Shown piece by piece: positions 1-10,800 of a stretch of 34,186 bases of DNA (position 1 is the first letter of the stretch; every line of letters starts with the position of its first letter). The position numbers and the translations under genes were made by a program. The DNA is taken from positions 1 to 34,186 of the forward strand of contig JAAXQI010000033.1 of assembly GCA_012974315.1 (NCBI GenBank), in the 5' to 3' direction. The notes under the pieces are model-generated. The model saw nothing but the letters and a program-made list of their open reading frames with translations. It had not been told where the DNA came from and searched no databases. This DNA comes from Desulfobacterales bacterium (GTDB lineage: Bacteria; Desulfobacterota; Desulfobulbia; Desulfobulbales; BM004).

Positions 1-93
1 GACTTATAGTATAAAATCGACCAAAAAGTTTCATTTTGCCCCCCAATTGGGACATTTCAACTTACTAAATTTTTACTTAGGAGAATTTGACTT

Positions 94-1257
94 ATGTCAG
101 GATATCTTTTTACATCGGAGTCCGTTTCAGAAGGGCATCCGGATAAAGTTGCCGACCAGATCTCAGATGCCATACTGGATTCAATCCTGGAACAGGACAC
201 ACAAGCAAGAGTGGCCTGTGAAACAATGGTTACAACCGGCATGGCCATTATTGCTGGAGAAATAACCACTTCCGCCTGGGTGGATATGCCAAGTATCGTC
301 AGAGATACAATTAAGGAAATTGGCTACAATTCTTCAGAAATGGGTTTTGACTCCCAATCCTGCGCCGTGCTCACATCAATAGATAAGCAGTCGCCGGATA
401 TTGCCGTTGGCGTAAATGAAGGGTCGGGGCTTGATCTTGACCAGGGTGCTGGCGACCAGGGGTTGATGTTCGGCTATGCCTCATCTGAGACCAAGGTTCT
501 GATGCCCATGCCCATAACCTATGCCCACAGACTCATGAAGCGCCAGGCTGAAGTCCGCAAGGCAGGGTTGTTGCCATGGCTGCGTCCGGATGCAAAGAGT
601 CAGGTTACAATTGAATATTTAGACGGTAAGCCAAAAAGGGTTGAAGCAATTGTCATTTCCACCCAGCACAACCCGGATGTCAACTATAAAGACCTGAAAG
701 AAGGCGTCATGGAAGAGATCATAAAACCGATCATACCCGGCGACATGGTTGACAAGGATACAAAATACTTTATCAACCCGACCGGCCGTTTTGTTATCGG
801 TGGACCTGTTGGCGACTGCGGTGTTACCGGACGCAAAATAATAGTAGATACCTACGGCGGCATGGGCTCACACGGTGGCGGCGCCTTTTCCGGTAAAGAT
901 CCAAGCAAGGTGGACCGTTCTTCATCCTATATGGGAAGGTATGTAGCCAAAAATATTGTGGCGGCGGGCATTGCCACTGAGGTTGAGGTGCAGATTGCCT
1001 ATGCTATCGGTATTTCAAACCCGGTATCCATTAATGTTAATTCTTTCGGAACCGGAAAAATAGAAGACAATAAAATCAAAGAATTGATCTATGAACATTT
1101 TGACCTGAGGCCTAAAGCTATTATTCAACACCTTGATCTTCTCAGGCCTATATACAAAAAAACTGCCGCCTATGGCCATTTTGGCAGGGAGCGGGCGGAA
1201 TTCACCTGGGAAAATACTGATAAGGCCGACGAATTGAAAAGCGCCGCTGGAATCTAG
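94..1257 (+). CDS. metK: S-adenosylmethionine synthetase
   Basis: 387 aa with [19 protein letters not shown] and GGGAFSGKD signatures; AGGAG RBS upstream. Confidence 0.98.
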   Translation: MSGYLFTSESVSEGHPDKVADQISDAILDSILEQDTQARVACETMVTTGMAIIAGEITTSAWVDMPSIVRDTIKEIGYNSSEMGFDSQSCAVLTSIDKQSPDIAVGVNEGSGLDLDQGAGDQGLMFGYASSETKVLMPMPITYAHRLMKRQAEVRKAGLLPWLRPDAKSQVTIEYLDGKPKRVEAIVISTQHNPDVNYKDLKEGVMEEIIKPIIPGDMVDKDTKYFINPTGRFVIGGPVGDCGVTGRKIIVDTYGGMGSHGGGAFSGKDPSKVDRSSSYMGRYVAKNIVAAGIATEVEVQIAYAIGISNPVSINVNSFGTGKIEDNKIKELIYEHFDLRPKAIIQHLDLLRPIYKKTAAYGHFGRERAEFTWENTDKADELKSAAGI

Positions 1258-1311
1258 TTTTACTATTGAGCAGTAGAGACTACTTGAAACACAAAGGAGC
1301 ATGGAATCACC

Positions 1312-2619
1312 ATGAGCAAAGATATGAATGATAACGCCGATTTTAAAGTTGCAGATATAAACCTGGCAGATTGGGGCAGAAAAGAAACTAATATTGCCGA
1401 AACAGAGATGCCGGGGTTAATGGCAATCCGGAGTAAATATAGCGCCCAGAAACCTCTTAAAGGCGCCAGAATTGCCGGCTGCCTGCATATGACCATCCAA
1501 ACAGCCGTGCTTATGGAAACCCTCATAGAGCTGGGCGCAGAAATCCGCTGGTCATCCTGTAATATTTTTTCCACCCAGGATCACGCAGCTGCGGCCATGG
1601 CTGCGGCCAATATCCCGACCTTTGCCTGGAAAGGGGAGAATGAAGAAGAATTCTGGTGGTGTATTGAGCAGACAATTTTCGGACCTGACGACTGGCGGCC
1701 TAACATGCTGCTGGATGATGGCGGCGATCTGACCGTGATAATGCATGAGAAGTACCCGGAGCTGATGAAAGATGTCCGTGGCATAAGCGAGGAGACAACG
1801 ACCGGTGTACATCGACTCAATGAAATGATGCAGAAGGGCACCCTGCTTGCACCAGCCTTTAATGTCAATGACTCAGTGACAAAATCAAAATTTGACAATC
1901 TCTACGGCTGCAGGGAGTCCCTGATAGACGGCATTAAACGGGCTACCGATGTTATGATTGCCGGAAAGATAGCAGTTGTCTGCGGCTACGGTGATGTTGG
2001 CAAGGGATGCGCCCAGGCCCTGCGCGGCATGGGGGCAACGGTATTGGTCACCGAAATTGATCCTATCTGCGCCCTGCAGGCTGCCATGGAAGGCTACAGA
2101 GTTGTGACCATGGATGAGGCTGCGCCAGTGGGCAATATTTTTGTTACATGCACCGGCAATTTGAGGGTAATAAACAGGAAACACATGGAACAGATGCCCG
2201 ACCAGGCCATTGTCTGCAACATTGGCCATTTTGATTCCGAAATTGATATCGCCTCCATCCGTGATCTTCCCTGGGAAAATATCAAACCCCAGGTTGACCA
2301 TGTCATCTTCCCGGATAACAAACGAATAATTGTCCTGGCCGAAGGGCGGTTGGTAAATCTTGGCTGTGCCACCGGACATCCAAGCTTTGTTATGAGTAAC
2401 TCCTTTTCCAATCAGGTCCTGGCCCAGATAGAGCTCTGGCTGGATCAGGGCAAATATGAGAACAAGGTATACTTTCTGCCAAAACATCTCGACGAGATGG
2501 TTGCCAGACTGCACCTTGAAAAAATCGGGGCCAATCTTACTACCTTAAGCACAGAGCAGGCCGACTATCTCGGTATCAAAACGGAAGGCCCCTACAAACC
2601 TGAATATTACCGTTATTAA
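1312..2619 (+). CDS. ahcY: Adenosylhomocysteinase (SAH hydrolase), short form without the ~40-aa insert
   Basis: [50 protein letters not shown] motifs; C-terminal YRY. Confidence 0.98.
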   Translation: MSKDMNDNADFKVADINLADWGRKETNIAETEMPGLMAIRSKYSAQKPLKGARIAGCLHMTIQTAVLMETLIELGAEIRWSSCNIFSTQDHAAAAMAAANIPTFAWKGENEEEFWWCIEQTIFGPDDWRPNMLLDDGGDLTVIMHEKYPELMKDVRGISEETTTGVHRLNEMMQKGTLLAPAFNVNDSVTKSKFDNLYGCRESLIDGIKRATDVMIAGKIAVVCGYGDVGKGCAQALRGMGATVLVTEIDPICALQAAMEGYRVVTMDEAAPVGNIFVTCTGNLRVINRKHMEQMPDQAIVCNIGHFDSEIDIASIRDLPWENIKPQVDHVIFPDNKRIIVLAEGRLVNLGCATGHPSFVMSNSFSNQVLAQIELWLDQGKYENKVYFLPKHLDEMVARLHLEKIGANLTTLSTEQADYLGIKTEGPYKPEYYRY

Positions 2620-2661
2620 AACGAGGGTTCAGGTTCCATTCAATAATCTCCAAAGCATATA

Positions 2662-2697
2662 CCAGGAAGCCTGTTTAATTTGCAGCAGGCTTCCTGG
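2662..2697. other. Strong stem-loop between ahcY and the next gene, without a U-tract
   Basis: Perfect 12-bp inverted repeat CCAGGAAGCCTG (2662-2673) / CAGGCTTCCTGG (2686-2697), followed directly by CTGAAAAAGGGGTGCCATG. Confidence 0.6.
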
Positions 2698-2713
2698 CTG
2701 AAAAAGGGGTGCC

Positions 2714-3889
2714 ATGCATTTTCAATTTCTCCTCTCTGGCCCCCATGGCGATATAGAGCTTTCTCCAGAAGACCTGGATCAGCCATTTCTCATCAGTCCT
2801 GAAGAGCAACACCCCTTTCTCACACTGGCAGACTATTTTGGGGCCCTGCAAAATTTCATACTGTTCAATAATGGAAACGCTCTCTGTTCAGCATTGAAAA
2901 AACAGGGCCTGCAGGCTGACCTGACCCTTCCCGACATCTCCGGAGTTATCATCCGTTCCGAAAAGCATGGAGCATTTTATCATATTGCCAGTGTTGAAAT
3001 TATCGGGACCGGGGAAAATGTCACATTTGCCAACAGCAAATTTGCTATCACCACGGCATTATCAGAATCTGCCAGGACATCACTTGACGAAGAATATTTT
3101 ATTTTTCAGCAACTTTCTGAAATCACGCCGGATTTCATTCCAAAAATGTATTGCAAAGAATCAATCTCCTGGACTACAGACTTTGGTTCTGAAGAGTTTC
3201 TCATGGTATTGGGGGAGTGGCTTGACGGCTATCACGAATGGCACGCAAGCGATGATCCTGAGTCAGGGAATCGTAAAATTCATCTCTGGGATTATGAAAA
3301 CGGCTACCGCTTTCTTTCGGACACAGAAAGCTACGAACTCCTGCTCCAGGCTGCCTCCATCCTGACATATTATTATGACCCGGGATCCTTCTGCCAGATC
3401 TATCCCTGGCACCATGGTGCCGGGGACTTTGTGGTCAAAGCTGATTCTAATGCAATCTCGGTGAAACTTATCACTGCCAGGCAGTATGAACCCCTTGTCC
3501 AGTTTGACGGGGAAGAAGAGGCCGACCGGTTGGTTGCGACAATTCATTTCCTGCTCAACCTTGCCCTCAGAATGCGACTGGACAGAATCGATGGAGTCGG
3601 GCAACCTGCATGGCTTGGGGCTTTTGCCGTCCATGCAGCAGTTGAAGGTTTCTTTACCGTGCTTGCTGCCACCCAGGTTAAAAACAAACTAACAAGAGGG
3701 CCTGCGGCAGAATTCCTGGAGATCATGCAATCATTTGATGCCGGGGAAATATCCGACATGTACACATCTCTGCTGGAAATTTATGCTGAGGAAGATCAGG
3801 ATGATTTTCGCCTGATCCAGGCTGAGCTTGCTGATCATGTCGCAGAACTGCATGAGACACTGCAGAGTTTTTCTTTGGGCAACCCTTAA
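2714..3889 (+). CDS. Hypothetical protein, possible atypical protein-kinase-like fold
   Basis: 391-aa ORF with AAGGGG RBS. Motif order KFAI...EEY...PKMY...MVLGEWLDG...WHHGAGDFVVK...VKLIT resembles kinase subdomains. The ORF is solid; the fold is inferred. Confidence 0.75.
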   Translation: MHFQFLLSGPHGDIELSPEDLDQPFLISPEEQHPFLTLADYFGALQNFILFNNGNALCSALKKQGLQADLTLPDISGVIIRSEKHGAFYHIASVEIIGTGENVTFANSKFAITTALSESARTSLDEEYFIFQQLSEITPDFIPKMYCKESISWTTDFGSEEFLMVLGEWLDGYHEWHASDDPESGNRKIHLWDYENGYRFLSDTESYELLLQAASILTYYYDPGSFCQIYPWHHGAGDFVVKADSNAISVKLITARQYEPLVQFDGEEEADRLVATIHFLLNLALRMRLDRIDGVGQPAWLGAFAVHAAVEGFFTVLAATQVKNKLTRGPAAEFLEIMQSFDAGEISDMYTSLLEIYAEEDQDDFRLIQAELADHVAELHETLQSFSLGNP

Positions 3890-3895
3890 AGAGAG

Positions 3896-4666
3896 TTATT
3901 CTGGAATTTTTCCAACAAGATTTACATCGCCTGATAAAACGGTATGGATAGTACCTGCCTCGTCCCTGATACGTAAAACCCCATCAGCGTCGGGTCCCAG
4001 GGAAACACCTGTTACCAGCTTGCTCTGGGGTGTCACCCAGGTAAGGATTTTGCCCTGAATTGCATCACGCTGCAGCCATTCCGTAAGAATTACCGGAAAA
4101 TCTCCTTTTTCCAGACGCTGCACCTCTTTCTCAACTGCAGCGACACATGTTTCTAACAGTATTTCGGATGGAATTTGCCTGACAGCATGGAGGGACAATG
4201 CCGTTGCACGTTCCTCAATGTCAGCCGGGTATCCACCTTCCGGATGAACGAGGTTCAAACCAACACCAACAACTACCAAAGTAGAAGGACTGGAATCCGA
4301 ACCTGCAACAGACTCAGTCTCGGTCAGGATACCGCCGAATTTTCGTCCACCCAACAGAAGGTCATTGGGCCATTTAATTTCCGGGGAAAGAGAATACGCT
4401 GCTTCCACAGCTTTGCAGAGTGCCAAACCTGCGGCAAGGGTAACTTTGGGCAGGTTTTCCGGGGCGAGTCTTGGCCTCAGGACAATGGAGAAATAAAGAC
4501 CCATTCCAGGCAATGACAGCCAGGAACGATTTAACCTTCCCCGGCCGCCGGTTTGAGCAGCAGCCACAACAACAGTCCCAGAGACTGCTCCCTTTTTCCC
4601 GAGCTCAAGTGCTATGGAATTTGTTGATTCTGTAACATCAAGCCTGATTATTTCCCGTGCATTCAC
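3896..4666 (-). CDS. birA: Biotin--[acetyl-CoA-carboxylase] ligase, monofunctional (no N-terminal HTH)
   Basis: STN, QTGGRGRLNRSW, IKWPNDL, KFGGILTE motifs; C-terminal SGDV; GTG start. Confidence 0.95.
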   Translation of the reverse strand: MNAREIIRLDVTESTNSIALELGKKGAVSGTVVVAAAQTGGRGRLNRSWLSLPGMGLYFSIVLRPRLAPENLPKVTLAAGLALCKAVEAAYSLSPEIKWPNDLLLGGRKFGGILTETESVAGSDSSPSTLVVVGVGLNLVHPEGGYPADIEERATALSLHAVRQIPSEILLETCVAAVEKEVQRLEKGDFPVILTEWLQRDAIQGKILTWVTPQSKLVTGVSLGPDADGVLRIRDEAGTIHTVLSGDVNLVGKIPE

Positions 4667-4718
4667 GTTAGCGCATCAACCTCATATTTATATTCCAGCC
4701 AAACATCTGAAAAATCCT

Positions 4719-4760
4719 GAAAAAAAAAGACAGGAGCATAATACTGCCCCTGTCTTTTTA
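4719..4760 (-). terminator. Intrinsic terminator of dsrABD, likely bidirectional
   Basis: Minus strand reads AAAAAGACAGGGGCA-GTATTA-TGCTCCTGTC followed by a long T run, just after the dsrD stop. Confidence 0.85.
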
Positions 4761-4793
4761 CTTCTTCTTGAAGATATTTAAAAAACTAGCGAA

Positions 4794-5027
4794 TTAAACA
4801 CCAATTTTATCTTCGTCTTTGATACGCTCAGGAAGAGCATACATTGTACTACTGCCGCTGGACCAGAACATAGCCTTTTGTTCTTTCACAAGTTCATTAG
4901 CAGCATTTTTGATCTCGCGAGGCTTTCCATCAACCTTCTTCTGCATATCCTTGAGATACAGTGCCGGTTTTTTTGACGAGCCCAGCAAGGCAAGGATTTG
5001 AGCTTTTAATTCTTCTTTATCAGCCAT
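4794..5027 (-). CDS. dsrD: Dissimilatory sulfite reductase protein D
   Basis: 77 aa, Lys-rich, with LYLKD, PREIKNAANELV and FWSSGSSTMY; directly downstream of dsrB. Confidence 0.95.
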   Translation of the reverse strand: MADKEELKAQILALLGSSKKPALYLKDMQKKVDGKPREIKNAANELVKEQKAMFWSSGSSTMYALPERIKDEDKIGV

Positions 5028-5052
5028 GTTATTGCTCCTTTATTGGGTACAA

Positions 5053-6180
5053 TTATTTTATATGGCTTGTGAACTTGAACTGGGTGGTGGTCCGCCACGT
5101 ATCGTATGCCAGGCGGTAATCATCAATGCTCTTGTCCGTAAACGGAATGTTGCATTTTTCGAAAAATTTCTCCCAGCCAATTCGCTCGGCCCATTCACCA
5201 ACACGCTCATACTTCTTAGCATCTTTGGCATATACTTCAATGATATTCTTGACTGCATCAACAACTTCCGGCCAGCGTGGCGGATTGTTGGGCAGGAACG
5301 GAATAACCATCTTGGAGAACTTTGGCGCGGATCTGGAGTTGGAAATCTTGCCACCAACCAGGATCGCAATGCCATCACCTTCCGGATCAGCCAAAGGCAT
5401 GGAAGGACACATGGTGTAGCAGTTACCGCAGAACATACAGCGGGATTCGTTAACTGTAACACTCTTTACCTCTTCACCTTTGCTGTTAATACCTTTAGCA
5501 GGCTTAATAGCTCCAAGCGGGCAGGCAGCGATTGCCAAAGGCAGCTCGCATACCGAGGTAATCGTATCATGATCGATGAGCGGCGGCTTCCTGTGAACAC
5601 CAAGAATAGCGACGTCGGAGCAATGTACAGCACCGCACATATTCAGGCAGCAGGCAAGGGCAACGCGTACCTGGGCTGGCAGAGTCATGCTGGTAAAGTA
5701 ACCGAACAGCTCATCCATAACCGCCTTAACCACACCTGAAGCATCGGTGGCAGGTGTATGGCAATGAACCCAACCCTGGGTATGGACGACATTGGTTATA
5801 CCGGCACCGGTGCCGCCAACAGGCATCATGCCATGGTTGTTACAGTCATCTACCAAGGCTTGAACCTTGTCAGCACTGTCAACCATGAATTCAACGTTAT
5901 TACGAGTGGTAAAACGCATGATTCCGTCACAGTGTTTATCAGCCATGTCACAGTAATCATAAATCAGTGATGTACTGATAAGGCGCGCGCAAGCGATCCT
6001 GACCGTATAACACTCTGCACCGGTCTCGCTCACATGTTTCAGAACGCCGGGCGCGGTAATCTCATGGTACAGCCATTTGCCATAGTTTTCTTTTATTACC
6101 TGGGGGAAAAATTGCTCATAATGTGGGGGACCGATGTCTGTGATCCTGTCTTCCATCGGTTTGTCTGGATTGTAACCCAT
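5053..6180 (-). CDS. dsrB: Dissimilatory sulfite reductase beta subunit
   Basis: [46 protein letters not shown], ferredoxin motif [11 protein letters not shown]; AAGGAGG RBS. Confidence 0.99.
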   Translation of the reverse strand: MGYNPDKPMEDRITDIGPPHYEQFFPQVIKENYGKWLYHEITAPGVLKHVSETGAECYTVRIACARLISTSLIYDYCDMADKHCDGIMRFTTRNNVEFMVDSADKVQALVDDCNNHGMMPVGGTGAGITNVVHTQGWVHCHTPATDASGVVKAVMDELFGYFTSMTLPAQVRVALACCLNMCGAVHCSDVAILGVHRKPPLIDHDTITSVCELPLAIAACPLGAIKPAKGINSKGEEVKSVTVNESRCMFCGNCYTMCPSMPLADPEGDGIAILVGGKISNSRSAPKFSKMVIPFLPNNPPRWPEVVDAVKNIIEVYAKDAKKYERVGEWAERIGWEKFFEKCNIPFTDKSIDDYRLAYDTWRTTTQFKFTSHIK

Positions 6181-6256
6181 AATATAACCTCCTTAAATAT
6201 CTATATATATTAACAACTTGTTATGTATCTATTGACACTGTCATGCATACAGGTTT

Positions 6257-7537
6257 CTACATGGGGTTTCTTTTCCTGAACTCAGCAAGATCCCGCACAA
6301 ATCCACCAGGAACCTCTTCTGCTTTCCAGAAGACATAAGGATTAGAACGAGGTTCTTTAACATGCTGCGGAATAGGCTCAACTTCCATTACCTGCAGGAA
6401 GGTAGGCAGACCGACACGCTGGATGGATTCACCAATCCTCTCACGGTTTTTGCCTTCTTCCATCCACCAATCCCAGCACTTCTCAATGACGTCCTTGAGC
6501 GCTTCAAAGTCATTCTCAGGGTCCATTTCAATAAAGGGATAAATCATGGTGGCGATCTGGGCACCATCGAGGATCGGAGCCTTGGCGCCGATCAGAATGG
6601 TAGCGCCTTGTACTGCACCTGGACGAAGCGCGCGAGGCATTACGTTGATGCAATGCATGCAGCGTGTACATTCAGCGTTGTCAATCTTCAGTTCATCGCC
6701 TTCCATCCACATACAACCGGTGGGGCAGAGATCGATAACTTCAGTCTGGATATCAAATGCACCCCAGTCACGGCCTGAATAGGAGCCACCGTTTGCTGGG
6801 AATTCATTGTTCAGATATCCTTTAACAGCCGCCTGATCCATGCGGATGTCATCTTTCCAGTTACCGATAACAGCCATGTCGGAACGGGCGATGGCAGCAA
6901 CACAGTCGTTGGGGCAGCCGGAAAATTTAATTTTAAACTTATAGGGGAAAGCAGGACGATGAACCTCATCCTGATAGGTCATGGTGATATCATGGCAGGC
7001 AGCCTGGGTGTCATAGCAGCTCCACTCGCAGCGGGCTTTACCAAGACAGCAGGAAGGGGTACGCAAGTTACCACCGGAGCCGCCGAGGTCAACACCAACA
7101 TCATGGGTTAACTCATAGAAAATTTCTTCCAGTTCATGGGTGAATGTTCCCAGGAGAACCATGTCACCGGTGGAACCGTGCATATTGGTCATACCGGAAC
7201 CGCGCCTATCCCAAATTTCCATGATCTGGCGCAAAATTTTAGAGCTGTAGAATTTACTTGAGGGCTGGTTAACTCGAACGGTATGGAAATGGGCAACACC
7301 GGGGAACTGTTTAGCAACGTCAGAATAACGGCCAACAATTCCACCACCATATCCGAAAACACCGACGATACCGCCATGTTTCCAATGGGTGATCTTGTCC
7401 TTGTAGGAAAGTTCAAGCTGTCCGAGAATGTCCCAGCAGGCTTCATTTTTTTCAGCCTGCCTTTTAATGTCTGTGACAAAACTCGGCCAAGGACCACTTT
7501 CCAACTGATCCAACATAGGCGTATCATGCTTTGGCAT
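6257..7537 (-). CDS. dsrA: Dissimilatory sulfite reductase alpha subunit (reductive type)
   Basis: TPMLDQLESGPWPSFV, THWKHGGIVGVFGYGGG, siroheme/Fe-S motifs CLGKARC...GCPNDC, CTRCMHCIN; AAGGAGG RBS. Confidence 0.99.
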   Translation of the reverse strand: MPKHDTPMLDQLESGPWPSFVTDIKRQAEKNEACWDILGQLELSYKDKITHWKHGGIVGVFGYGGGIVGRYSDVAKQFPGVAHFHTVRVNQPSSKFYSSKILRQIMEIWDRRGSGMTNMHGSTGDMVLLGTFTHELEEIFYELTHDVGVDLGGSGGNLRTPSCCLGKARCEWSCYDTQAACHDITMTYQDEVHRPAFPYKFKIKFSGCPNDCVAAIARSDMAVIGNWKDDIRMDQAAVKGYLNNEFPANGGSYSGRDWGAFDIQTEVIDLCPTGCMWMEGDELKIDNAECTRCMHCINVMPRALRPGAVQGATILIGAKAPILDGAQIATMIYPFIEMDPENDFEALKDVIEKCWDWWMEEGKNRERIGESIQRVGLPTFLQVMEVEPIPQHVKEPRSNPYVFWKAEEVPGGFVRDLAEFRKRNPM

Positions 7538-7573
7538 CTTTGTTTCCTCCTTAACGGTCTATTGTTCTTAAAC

Positions 7574-7591
7574 AACCTTAAAATTAAGGTT
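7574..7591. promoter_or_regulatory. Perfect 8-2-8 inverted repeat in the dsrA leader (operator or RNA hairpin)
   Basis: AACCTTAA-AA-TTAAGGTT. Confidence 0.45.
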
Positions 7592-7672
7592 AGCCTTTAA
7601 CCTCCCGTAACCAATCATTTTTTCTTGCAAGTGCATCTTATAAAACAGATTCAATTCCTGATCAAAAACGAT

Positions 7673-7686
7673 TGAATACTCATTCA
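7673..7686. promoter_or_regulatory. Putative TetR-type operator just downstream of the dsrA promoter
   Basis: TGAAT-ACTC-ATTCA palindrome (TGAATGAGTATTCA on the minus strand), starting 12 nt downstream of the -10 box. Confidence 0.5.
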
Positions 7687-7697
7687 TTAAATGACCG

Positions 7698-7726
7698 AAC
7701 ATATCGCCCAGTCAGAGCTTTGTCAA
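7698..7726 (-). promoter_or_regulatory. Sigma70-type promoter of dsrABD
   Basis: Minus strand TTGACA (7726-7721), 17-nt spacer, TATGTT (7703-7698); AT-rich UP-like tract immediately upstream. Confidence 0.7.
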
Positions 7727-7849
7727 CAAAAAATAAAAAGAAATACATGCATTAATTTTTTTTGTTCAAACCCTGACAGTTGTATCCCCTTGCTGCCTCC
7801 TTAGCGGATGAGCAATCGGGGCTAATTTGTACTATTTACAGGCAGATAA

Positions 7850-10800
7850 TTACTGAGAGGATTCGTCAGGCTGGTTTGTCAAAACCTTTGGCTTTTCCAT
7901 ACGAATTACAAAAACAAGAATGGACGGTATTATAAAAACGGTAAAGATAGTTGACACGGCCAAGCCGCCGAGTATGACACTTCCAAGCCCCCTGTAAAGT
8001 TCCGAACCTGAACCGGGAAACAATACCAGCGGCAGCATGCCAAAAATACTGGTGGTGGCACTCATATAAATGGGACGCAGCCTGCTTCTGGTTGATTCAA
8101 GCACAGCTTCCCTGTAATCCATATTGTTATTATGCACATTATTCAGGGCCTGATGAACAATAAGGATAGCATTATTCACCACGATACCGATAAGTATGAC
8201 AAACCCGAGCATGGTGAGAATATCCATGGGCTGGGGCTTGGAGCTCAAGAGGTTCAAGAGTTTCAGGCCAATAAAGCCACCTGCCCCCGCCAGAGGAACC
8301 GTCAGCATAATAATGAGAGGATAAATAAAATTACCAAAGAGCGCCGCCATCAAAAGATAGGCTATTGCGGCAGCCAGAATAAAGTTCCACTTCAGGGCCT
8401 CTCTGGTTTCTGTAAGTTTGTCGGCAGCGCCGCTCATCCTGACACTCAACCCTTTCAAAAGTCCCATGGCCCGCACAGGGCTTATAATTTTTGCTTCAAC
8501 TTCCTCCATCGCCGCCTGCAGCGGCACATCCAGAGGCGGAGTCATCTGCAGGGTTATGGTCCGGCTTCTTTCAAGATGGCGTATCTGGGTCATACCGGTT
8601 GTGCGCTCAAGATCCGCAAGAGTTGACACAGGGACAACCTTGCCTCCTGGAGTGGTCACAAGAGAGTGGTAGAGGGCCTCAGGGGTTTTAATAGAATCGT
8701 CTGCCGTTTTAAGCACCAGGTCAATAGTTTTTCTCCCCTCCTGCTTGAAATCGCCAATAATTCTGCCATCCATAAGCACATCAAGCGTAATGCCCAGGTC
8801 TGCTGAACTCATATTGTTGGCCTTCAAACGTTCACGGTTTGGTACTATTTTGACCTCAGGATAGCTGAGCTCTATTGACGGCACAGGCCGGACCTGGGTG
8901 TCGGGCATGGATTGCTTTGCTGTGCCGAACATCACGCCGGCGGCCTTGACAATATTATCCAGGTCATCACCGCTGATATCAACATCGATTGTCCGACTTC
9001 TGCCAATCCTGCTCTGGAAAATACCGGCCTGCATACTGATACCGAACATACCTGGAACAGAAAATATCATGCGCTTGAAAAGGGGCAGCAGCTCGGCTGC
9101 CCGGTCCCAGTCCGTGGCCATTGCCCCGAACAGCATGATAGACTCCCTTCCCACAAAAAACATATTGAGGATGCCCGGGTAGCCATCGTGTTCTTTTTGA
9201 AGATGCGGCTCTGCCATGACAAAAAGCTTTTCACCGATATCCTGTCTCTCCTGCTGGGAAAGACCTGGAGGGGGGACCAGGATGCTGAGAACAAAATTTC
9301 TGTTTCCCTGGGGCAGATAATCTGTCTGGGGCATAAGCAGGACAACTGAACCTGCCGCCAAAATAATCAGAAGACCAACGGTGCCAATTCTGGTGGCCCA
9401 GTTTCTGGTGGCAAAAGAGACTATTCCCATAATGAAAGATGAAAACTGGCTTCCAATACGGACCACCAATCCCGCTTCCTTTTTAGCCTTTTTAGTGGCC
9501 ACAGAAAAAAGCCTGAAAGAAAACATGGGAATGACTGTCATGGATACGATCAGGCTCAAAGATACGGCACCAACTACTGCTATGGCGATATCCCGGAAGA
9601 GCTGGCCGGCCTCCTCCTGGATAAAAACAACAGGTAAAAATACCGCTATAGTTGTCAGGCTCGAAGCAATAATGGCGCCCCATACCTCCCGGGTTCCTTC
9701 ATAGACCGCATCATAGGCCGATTTACCCATCTTGCGGTGCCGATCAATATTTTCAATAACCACAATTGCATTATCAACCAGCATACCGACTGCAAAAGCA
9801 ATGCCCGCAAGACTTATGACATTGAGGTTGCGGCCCATTGCATTCATGAAGATAAACGTGCCTATGATGGAGATAGGAATAGAGGTGGCCACCACAAGTG
9901 TTGAGCGTATGCTCCGGAGAAAAACCAGAAGGACGACAAGGGCAAGCATGCCTCCAATAATGATATTCTGCTTGATAAGATTAATGGCTCCATTAATATA
10001 ACGCCGCTGGTCATACACCCATTCCAGGCTTATCTCCCGGGAAGCAAGCTTCTCTTTGTTCAGCCATTGCACCACTGCCTCTACACGTTCGGTCATGGCA
10101 AGAATATTAGTGCCTGGTTCAGGTTTAATCCCAAATGCTATGCCGCCTTTACCATTGTGGATAACAGTACTTTGGCGTTTGCTGTAGCCTCGCTTTATCT
10201 CGGCAACATCGGCCAGCAGCACCCTTTTTTCCCCGGTAGAGACAAGAACCACATTGGCAATATCTTCTTCAGAGTTGAATTCACCGGTGGTGCGAATCCT
10301 GAAATCCCTGCGTCCAACTCCCATGTTGCCTGCCGAGACATTCACATTTTCACTGCGCACTGCCTGTATGACATCATTTACTGTCAGGGCGTAGGCAGCA
10401 AGCTGTTCCGGATTAACGACTATATGCATCTCCTCAAAAACACCGCTGCCGATAAAGAGATCCGCCACACCCTCGACACGCTCCAGATGCTGGCGGATTT
10501 CATTTTCAAAGAATGTCCTGTACGTTTCGATATGCCTCGGATTTGTCTCCCCGGACTTGAGGATAACCCATATTACCGGCGAGGTCGCAGAGCCTGTGGC
10601 ATTGATGATGGGCTTGTCCACTCCTTCCGGATAGGAGGCCACTTCATTCAACTTATTGGAAACACGGAGCAGGGCATCATCCACATTGGTGCCAAGTTTG
10701 AAGGTCAGGGAAATAGAACCCTGGCCGTTGAATGCCTCACTTTCCATTTCTGTGAGGCCGGGGATCCCTTTCAGTGTTTTTTCCTGCTCCTCGATAATTT

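Noticed and set aside
1-93. SAM riboswitch or SahR operator upstream of metK
   Set aside because: No recognisable SAM-I core or operator palindrome in the 93 nt available; any such site could lie outside the window.
5026-5739. Long antisense ORFs (e.g. 5026-5739, 10067-10843, 1885-2514, 29991-30581)
   Set aside because: Shadow frames of well-conserved genes, with no motifs or RBS.
7786-7821. Riboswitch or terminator between the RND gene and the dsr promoter
   Set aside because: Imperfect hairpin with no U-tract and no riboswitch consensus that I recognise.
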